Part shown: one piece after another, positions 50,631 to 64,000 of the stretch
How the letters are laid out: each line of letters opens with the position of its first letter
Position numbering within the stretch: the stretch's first letter is position 1
DNA from: a bacterium
Lineage (GTDB): Bacteria > UBA8248
Direction: 5' to 3'
Assembly: GCA_965213685.1 (NCBI GenBank)
Contig: CBDBZY010000064.1
Span: forward strand, 1,472,001 to 1,536,000
DNA length: 64,000 nt
The notes under the pieces: generated by a model
Databases searched by the model: none
Told to the model about the DNA's origin: nothing
The model's input: only the letters and a program-made list of their open reading frames with translations
Translations under genes and position numbers: made by a program

Positions 50631-51305
50631 TAGTCTCGCGTAGCCAGACTCTCTCGGCAAGCGGGAGAGAGTCTGGTCAACTGCCCATATAGGACTTGTT
50701 CTGACACCCACCCCAACTGGAGTGGGCGATAAGTATGTGCGAACCACAGCGTTTACATTACGGCACGATTATTGCAAGGCGTCAAGTCCACACCTGCATG
50801 CGCACTAACGCAGTACTGTCCGGGGCAGAGTGCGTGTCGCAAAATACAGCCAGGGATGGAAGAGGGTTGTTTGTGCAGCTGTTCACATTAATCGCCGTCT
50901 CCATAACCATAACTATATGTAGCTCGCTAGCTCTCCAGTGGGCACTTAGGCGGGCTCCCGCACGCGGCAATTGCTTGACACCTTGCAATAATGTAAACGC
51001 TGTGGTTCGCACATACTTATCGCCCACCCCAGTTGGAGTGGGTGTCAGAACAAGTCCTATATGGGCAGTTGACCCATAGATATTATACCTTACGGTTCCG
51101 TAAGGTATAATATCTATGGGTCAACTGCAAGGTATAATATCTATGGGTCAACTGCCCATATAGGACTTGTTCTGACACCCACTCCAACTGGGGTGGGCGA
51201 TAAGTATGTGCGAACCACAGCGTTTACATTATTCCGTAAGGTATAATATCTATGGTTGACCAGACTCTCTCCCGCTTGCCGAGAGAGTCTGGCTACGCGA
51301 GACTA
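50631..51305. mobile_element. Foldback TIR element (TAG...CTA ends, 9-bp TSD)
   Basis: About 50-bp perfect TIR starting TAGTCTCGCGTAGCCAGAC; TSD ACGTTCAAG at 50622-50630 and 51306-51314. Confidence 0.85.
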
Positions 51306-51339
51306 ACGTTCAAGTGCCATGTACATTGTACATGCTCAC

Positions 51340-51828
51340 TAGTCTCACCGCAGTAACAGTCCGCGTTGAGCGTTTTGTTCTGACACCCCCAGACCATAGA
51401 CGCGTAACGCATCTATACTATCTATATGGCTTGTGGTAAGTGGTCGCATGAATAACATTAGCTGGAGTGTGCACGTGCGGTACCAACATAGTATGAGCGT
51501 AATGTGGTATGACATAGCGCCGGAGCTTGCACACAATCAGCAGCAACGGCGAAGCAGCCATGAGCCAAAGGTGTTCGCATGAGGTTGTACGGACACAGTG
51601 TCGAGAAATCGCGCAGAGTGTTGGAATTGTTGTGCATGAAGGAACGTCAGGTTGGTCTGGACGGGTTTGTAGAAACGTAGGATAGGAATGCATTCCTGTG
51701 TTGCGGATACCACTTACCGCAAGCCATATATCACCCACTTATCGCCCACCGAAAGTCTGGGGGTGTCGCTCAACGTCAGTTGACCAGACTGCTACTGCGG
51801 TGCGTAACAGTCTGGCTCCGCGAGACTA
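51340..51828. mobile_element. TIR element (TAGTCTC...GAGACTA, 9-bp TSD)
   Basis: TSD CATGCTCAC on both sides. Confidence 0.8.
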
Positions 51829-52603
51829 CATGCTCACCGGCTGATGGGCACCAATAACAAGAGAAGCACTGCACAGAGGCCCGCAATCGACAGGATGCGC
51901 CGTAATGGCCTCATCAGATACAGTGTTCAACCGTACTTTAGCGCAGGAGACATTCAATGAATAGGTGTTGAGGTCGATTTTTCACCACAAACAATAAAAC
52001 TCTGTTTCTTTGTACATGGCCACGCTCTAGATACAACTTTCGTATAACGGCTAAGGAATGCATTAGAGATAATTGAACTAACAGCTTACCGTGCCTGCCC
52101 GACCCATCCCCCCCAAACGTACCTCGTCCAGGAAGCGTAGGAGGAGAAACTAGGCCAGTTACGGGTGATAGGTAAGGCTACCATATGAGGTGTAGGTTCT
52201 GGCGGTCGTGCAGGCCATGCCCCTTCCCCAGACGGCCACTGAGGCCCCTGCATGATGGGGGCATGTCAATGGGGGAGGACCCCAGAGGGGGCGAACCCTC
52301 TCTAACACGGCCCACACTGGAGTCTCAATGAGACGTACGAACCAGTGGAGAGATTCAAAAAAAAAAAAAAAAAAAATGAACATCAACAGCAGCTGTGTAA
52401 CTGGGCGAACTCTACAGGAGTGTGACTTGGGTGTCCGCGCATGCGTGCATGGACCCGATCCAGTATGCGGCCGGCCGCCGTCCGGACTGCGCCTCCCGCG
52501 CGGCAGGCCCTCGCTGTTAATCTGCCTGGGTTTAAACCTCATTGGGGCGAGCCTTAGCGAGCCCCTCCTAGTCGCCTCAACGGCTGCGCTGTCTATATAT
52601 ATA

Positions 52604-53057
52604 CCGTATTTCCTCGAATAGACGCCTCCCTCGAATAAACGCCGGCCCCGTTTAAACGCCAGGGGTATTAAGGGCAGTATAGCAAATAAACGCCGGGCCT
52701 CAAGTAGACGCCGGGTCGGTCCGGTACAAGCTTGGGGGCGTGGCACGTAGTCCAAGTGCGCCGCGCGGTAGACTCAAAGGAGATTGCTGAACTTCACCTA
52801 CTGCTACTCCGATGACACAGAAGAGATGCTTCGACGTGTCCTTCAAGTAAAAGGCTATTGAGTGTGCCTGTCGCTCCCTTGGCTTGCAATACGGTCGCAC
52901 GAACTGAAGTGAATTTCGACCTCGGCGTGCGCTACGTAGAGTGGGTGGGCGTGGGCAAGAAATACGCGAAGTAAATAAACGCCGGCCCCGTTTAAACGCC
53001 GGGTCTGCGGAGTCGCGAAGGAAATAAACGCCCGCGCGTCTATTCGAGGAAATACGG
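52604..53057. mobile_element. pogo/Tc1-mariner-type MITE
   Basis: TA|CCGTATTTCCTCGAATAGACGC...GCGTCTATTCGAGGAAATACGG|TA, with internal AAACGCC repeats. Confidence 0.85.
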
Positions 53058-53169
53058 TATATGGCGGTACGTACGTCATTCCATAAATGTTCTACGTCTC
53101 GATTTATGCGAATGATGTTATTCCGTAATTCCGTAAATGTTCCACGTCTTGATTTATTCGAATGATATT

Positions 53170-55565
<2,396 letters not shown>

Positions 55566-55663
55566 CGTGTGTCCCAATAATGCACCCTACCGTATATCGA
55601 GAGAGTTTTTAGACGTCCGCCACACCCGTTACTAGGCGCATGCGATAAATACACGGCTCGTAG

Positions 55664-56287
55664 TAGCCTCGTTCCCAGGCTCTCCCCCGCGCGCGATGTT
55701 GATACGTGATCTTTGAACTCGTAAAATTAGAGAGGGAGAGCCTGGGCTCCGAAATAGCGTAAACGAGGGACGTTTAATTAACGTGGGCGGGTAAAACCAC
55801 ATTCACGTGAGGTGCCGATTTTGCTTTCTAAACTCAAACACAGAGTAGTTATTTATACAACAAAGACTCGTAGATGAGTTATTGGGATGTATAGGATGGG
55901 CTAGAATGCTGTGTGGCACTTAGAGTCCATCGCAGAGCGAGGTAGAGCTATGCGCACGTTTGTATGCATTGTACTTGAAACTCGACGTCGGGTAACCACT
56001 GACAACAGAGAATCCCTGCGAAGAAGAGAGCGGCTCTGTGCTGGGCGGTCGATCAGGCTCTTCCAGCGTACGGGAGCTAAACAGGCCTACGTGAAGGGTG
56101 ATTTAGAGGGCGTAATGCGTGGGCAACATTACTGCACGTGCGCGTTTCGCCCACGCCAATTAAGTCCTTTCTACCCTGTGACGTCACGTACGCTATTTTG
56201 GAGCCCAGGCCCTCTGCTATCCTAAGCCACGGGGGTCAAAGGTCGCGCGTAATAATCGCTCGAGCAGAGGGCCTGGGAACGAGGCTA
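55664..56287. mobile_element. TIR element (TAGCCTCGTTCCCAGGC ends, 9-bp TSD)
   Basis: TSD GGCTCGTAG at 55655-55663 and 56288-56296. Confidence 0.85.
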
Positions 56288-56296
56288 GGCTCGTAG

Positions 56297-56604
56297 TAGT
56301 CTAGCACGCTAGACCCTCTCCTTCCGCTACGCGCGCGGCGAAGCCGCACGCGGGAGAGGGTCTACTAAAACTTGCACTTGATCGCGTTTCAACTGACCAA
56401 TCAGATTTCACTGGAGCGATTCGCTCCAACTATATTCATAGCTTTGTTGTAGCGCTTAAGTACTCTGTGGGTGTGTTAAATAGGTGCAAATTGGATTCCT
56501 GAGAAACGCAATCAAGTGCAAGGTTTGCTAGACCCTCTCCCCGCGGCGCGCGGCTTCGCCGCGCGCCCGCGTCGCGGGAGGAGGGGGTCTAGCGTGCTAG
56601 ACTA
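56297..56604. mobile_element. TIR element (TAGTCTAGCACGCTAGACCC ends, 9-bp TSD)
   Basis: Flanked by GGCTCGTAG and GGCTCTTAG; internal nested inverted repeats. Confidence 0.85.
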
Positions 56605-57210
56605 GGCTCTTAGTCACAAGGCAGCGGACAACGGCAGAGCAGACAACGTTGACGATGGATAGACTCTTACAGATAAGCGTAAAAGCTACAAAAGCTAAAG
56701 CTAGTGGAGTCCAAAGAGTTTTGTACACGTGGTGTCCACGTACAACACTCGAAAGCTGAACCATAGATTGTAAACATCTATGGCAGAACGCTACCATACA
56801 GGTGCGAGTAAATTTACGGAGACTATAACAGCGGTATACGGAATGTATACGGAACTCTCGTTGTTTAGCGCGTATCCGTTAATTATCTTACCGTTTACAT
56901 CTATACACAGCCAAAAATAATTGGGCTCGATTTGATACCGACTGCCGTAAGGTATCGAATCGAGGACAAGGAGGAGCTCGAATCGAGCACGTAAGGCCCT
57001 TACGGCCTCGAACCGACACTGGGGTTACATTTCGATTCGAGCTGTAAGGCAGACCCCATACAAAAAATACAATGGGACTGCCCCAAATGAACGTACCGAT
57101 ACTGTAATTCCGTACCGTATCGCGCACGTTTACGTCCTCGAATCGGGATTACATTTTTGGCCGTGTAGGCACTTGCACCTAACAACCGGTGTTTACGGTA
57201 TCTAAACAAG

Positions 57211-58140
57211 ATGCTTCAAGATCACTTTGTGTGCAGTCTACCAAATCAGAGCATCCAAAAGAGCCTACTTTCTGTGGATGATCTTTCACTGTCTGATGCA
57301 GTACAGAAGGCACAGACCCTACAGACACTGCGCAACGCAATGTCAAAGCTATCAAGTCTATGCCTAGGTACGGTCAACCCCTCCCTGTCCAGCTGTTTCC
57401 TCACCAATCAAATAGTGATGGTCATGAGGTTAAGATGTGCCACTTCTGTGGCAAATCAGGCCATATACATGTATACAAGCAATGACTGCTGATTGTGTGA
57501 CACTGTGTGCCTTGGGTGTGGGAAGAAGGGGCACCTTGCAAAAGTATGTGGCTCAGGTGGGTGGGAAGGCAGCCAGGTGAGTGTCCATGAAGGAAGTATC
57601 ACTAGCTTCCTCCAGCCTTTACAGAGAATGCTGAGGATATCCTGTGTCAAGTACATGTACATGTATATACCTTGACCCCAGCTAAACAGAAGCCCTATAA
57701 GATTGGACTAACTGTGTCTCATATTCCAGGCAATCCAGATTCCAAGCAACTATTTCCCACAAGCAATCCTGGGGGAAGTCAGTAATTAGTTTCTTCCCAT
57801 ACCACTAAGCCTATCCCTGTGGTGGGCCAGGTGCTGGTCAAGCTAGGCGACATGCAATGAGCATGAAGGAATGCATGCAGCAGTGAATAGGAATGAGTTG
57901 TCTCTCCTTGGACAAGACTGGTTACCATCAAGGCTGTTGCAGTGGTTGATAGGAAGCAACAAGTAGAGACACTTCTGAGCATGTATTCGCTAGTGTTAGC
58001 CCCTGTATGATGACATTAATGAAAGCCCACTAGATGCCAGACCATAATTTTGTCACCTCCATCCTGTGCCTTGTGGGATCAAGAGAAGGTGCGAAGCAAG
58101 TAAGACAGGCTTGAGAAGACTGGCGTGCTCCAAAGATAAG
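57211..58140 (+). mobile_element. Gypsy LTR-retrotransposon gag/protease remnant (shorter copy at about 39137-39770)
   Basis: LQDHFVCSL..IQKSLL..LSDAV; zinc knuckles CHFCGKSGH and CLGCGKKGHLAKVC; SLLGQDWL protease-end motif; degenerate. Confidence 0.7.
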
Positions 58141-58624
58141 GTGCATGCGATAGTTTTTCCTGCCATGTGTATCACCTGTCACGGAAAAAATGTACATGTA
58201 AAATTAGTCTTTTGTGTGCACTCATTTATGTACAGAGGGTGTTTGAGAGGATTGTACATACATGTATATAAATCACATGATAATCTTGCATATTACACAA
58301 ATTCCACATGTTCTGAACTATATCATTTGAAAGATCCAGTACCAAGGTTGCCATCCAACATTGTGAGGCTGCATCATCTAAACTCACCCTTCCATGTGTG
58401 CTGAATTTCAGAAATCAACCTGTTTTATCATGTCAACCACTAGAAAGACACTGATGGGATGAATGTCTCTGTTTGTGCATCATATTTGTTGTATATATTC
58501 TTCATTGGTAACATACGTCTTGCCTAACATATGTATATGCATGTACATGTACTTGTGTAGGCTTGCTCCTTCATTGATACTGCTCTTGAATATTTACACA
58601 TGCAGCTCTTCTACCTCCCCACAG

Positions 58625-59119
58625 ACTGGCCAGGAGGTAAAGCACTATGGTCACAAGAGGGCTAAACTCAACCCCCATAGCAGCACCACAAACCAACAGA
58701 AAGCAAAGAATAAATCCTTCGTAATGATGAGACAAAAGAAGTCGATCAGAGTGAAAGGCAAACGTTCCTTTAGAGAAGAACAAGTAAGCATGTTTTGTGA
58801 TAGGCATACAACAGATTAGACTGGTAATAATGGTTTTACACATATGAATTTTTGTACTATGAGCTGTTAACACCTCTAGCGTATTAGACTGAGATCTCAC
58901 TGTACTTAGGCTCTCAAGGTGCTATAGGTCCATCTTGGTTCTGCACTATGGTCAATGTCATGTTTCCTTCACCACATGGCATCTGTGGACACATATTATG
59001 CATACCTTTTGCAGATACAATCCTTTGAACACTGAGTTCTGGTTCTGTGAGGTATCTTGTCTTTTTCTTCATTGCAGGTTTCTCTCAGGAATTCACTTTT
59101 GAAGCACAGGAGAAAGTGA
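58625..59119 (+). pseudogene. Orphan duplicate of the last two SDA1 exons
   Basis: 58625-58783 (TGQEVKHYGHKRAK..KRSFREEQ) and 59078-59119 (VSLRNSLLKHRRK*) have intact splice sites. No upstream SDA1 exons are present in this copy. Confidence 0.8.
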
Positions 59120-59587
59120 TTTGTGTATTAGATCATTTCAGACTTGTTCATGCATTGCTCAGACAAATGCTATCATGCGCGTAATGTATTGGGCATGTGT
59201 TATCTGGAATTCACATCTGTTCAGGAATATGTTCGCTTTGACCAATAATTATGTCTACTTATCGTGACTGTATTAGTTAGTACTTACACGGTATGTGCAG
59301 CCAGGTACCTAGGTACTGTCCTGGTGTAAGGGGAAGTACATACATTGTGGTTCTCAGAACTTGTAGTTTAACATCCTGTAGCTTCAGCCAGAGAAGTACC
59401 TTCATCTGTTCATCTTCATAGTCTTTTTTAGTTGTTTAGGCGAGTTTCAGTTTTGATATTAGCTTTCAGGTTTCTTTCATGGGTGTGAAGTACAAGTTAC
59501 AGTATGTATCTATATTTAAAGTTATAGCCTGTTGCTAGGTGGTTGCTAAGATTATAGAGGTGCTTTAAAACAACTACAGGAAGCTGA

Positions 59588-59666
59588 AGGTGACTATATC
59601 TGGTGTGGAGGTGACTATATCTGGTGTTGAGGTGACTATATCTGGTGTCGGAGGTGACTATATCTG
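59588..59666. repeat. About 21-bp minisatellite (GGTGACTATATCTGGTGTnGA x4) within a copy-2-specific insertion at about 59476-59953
   Basis: Direct observation; the insertion is absent at about 41560. Confidence 0.8.
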
Positions 59667-61034
59667 AATGCTATAGGGAGATATAGTCCCTCACACCTGA
59701 TATAGTCCCGTTGCCATAAGCAACAGTGTAGTATGTTACCTAACATGGCATAATCTTAGGCTTCTTCACACTTCGTTAGTAGTAAAGGCACCTAGCAATG
59801 GGCTCTAAATTAGTTATATCACATCTAGTCAGGATGTTGCTGTTTATAGACCCTCACCCCTCGGGCGCTACGTGCCCGGGTCTCGGGTCTATAAACCTGC
59901 AACATCCCTCCTAGCCGTGATATAACTAATACAAAAAGTGGAGTGTGTGCTACCTGTGAGGGTGAGTTTTGCTGACACAAGTGGAAAGTTCCATCCAGAG
60001 CACTGAACAGGGGTCCATTGACTAGAAGTCCAGTCGCCAAGCACCAAGCCATTACTCCAGGCAAACGTTTGTCTCCCCATTTTTCCTTATGACATTGTGA
60101 AGAATGGAGAGACATGTTGTCCAGAGTAATGGCTTGGTGTTGAATTGGGAGACAAACTTTTGTCCAGAGTAGTGGCTTGGTGTTTGATGCACTGGACTCC
60201 TATATAGTCACTGGGCTCAGGTTTGATGTTCCGTAAGGAAGTTTGTCTTTCCATTCTTTCTTTTTCCACCTGTGTCACCAACGATAATTTACTTATCCAT
60301 CACCAGGTAATGTACCCTTGAGGGCAATATAACCACTCAAATCCAAAAGAATGGTGCCTAGGAAGGCCTAAGTGGGTTATGTAAGTACTGGTTAGTGGGC
60401 CGGGTGTATAGAGTTGATTAAGTACATATATGTACATGTACCCCTTGAAGTGATGCATTCTGGCCGTTTCACCCATGGGCTGAGGGTACAATTTCAGTTA
60501 TATGCAAGATGTGAACATGCATGGGGATCAACTGTTATACAATATTTGTGAAATAAGTTGCCAGAGATGGGCCAGTTGGCACACACAATTAACTTGAACT
60601 TGATGCCCTTTGTTGACTAGGAGGGTGAATACCCTTAAACATAATTATGCTACCTGAACTGTTTTCCAATAATTATTGTTTTGACTTATATACATGTGCA
60701 TGTACTTTCACAGTGTTCCCTCTTGACATAGATAATTGTTGTGTGTGTCTAGACATCAAGAATAGTTGTTTAGGCTGCAAATGGGGTTTCGTGAAAGTAA
60801 TTATTTTAGTCCAGAATTGTTGTGCTGTGTTTGAAGTCCTACTAACATCAACACCCTTGGCACTGCTTCTTCTTAGTATACTATTCTTATGAGAACTGCA
60901 GTGAAAGCAGGGTGTTTAGCATCATTGATAGTTTTGGAGTAGTGTATGTTGAAAAAGTATACATCTGATACTTTAATTTTCAAGAGTGCAGTTAATGAAC
61001 TGCAGTACATAATTTATATACAAGACCTGTAATA

Positions 61035-63732
<2,698 letters not shown>

Positions 63733-64000
63733 CTGAGGAAATTGTAAGAAAGGGTGAGACAGGGGCAGTTGAGGAATTATTACAAATGTAGGGGGAAAGA
63801 GAGAAATGTAATGAACACAGTAAATATACTGCAGCATGGAACAAACAGGTGTGGTGCATGGTGGATATGATGAATAAAGACATGATTGTACATGTACGTT
63901 ATAGGGAATACAGGCAATCAGGCACAATCAACAAGCAATGTTTGCTGGTCATTTGGTACATGTACATGTACATGTATATATGTTCTCATGTGGCAGAGTG

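Noticed and set aside
52480-52540. Possible HDV-like ribozyme (GCC-TCCCGCGC-GGC)
   Set aside because: No matching P1 strand, P1.1 GG or J4/2 could be found.
52159-52755. 198-aa minus-strand ORF
   Set aside because: Chimeric across a MITE, a repeat end and a homopolymer run; not a coherent gene.

Overview
Animal genomic DNA, intron-rich and repeat-dense; the sponge-type death-fold motifs and short-exon genes suggest a demosponge (inference). Four genes were reconstructed by hand from GT-AG junctions and frame continuity. (1) A minus-strand gene of at least 16 exons (19511 to 918 or beyond) encodes a CARD-like domain, a long S/P-rich linker and an intersectin-L-type PH-C2 tail with no DH domain. 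(2) A divergently oriented SDA1/SDAD1 gene of about 23 exons spans 22406-41181. (3,4) Two minus-strand CHST8-14-like carbohydrate sulfotransferases arise from a direct segmental duplication (about 39137-47183 vs 57499-64000+) that also copies the last two SDA1 exons. A decayed tandem death-domain gene lies between genes 1 and 2. Mobile DNA includes tRNA-derived SINE-like repeats, Helentron/DINE-1-like elements, an ISL2EU-like remnant, pogo, Gypsy, CR1/L2-group LINE and Penelope remnants, hAT and Tc1/pogo MITEs, and TAG...CTA elements with 9-bp TSDs. There is also an intronic hammerhead ribozyme. The paralogous copies show the ubiquitous TACATGTA repeats as discrete CATGTA additions at TA sites, as expected of transposon excision footprints. 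All homology calls come from motif recognition; no database search was run.
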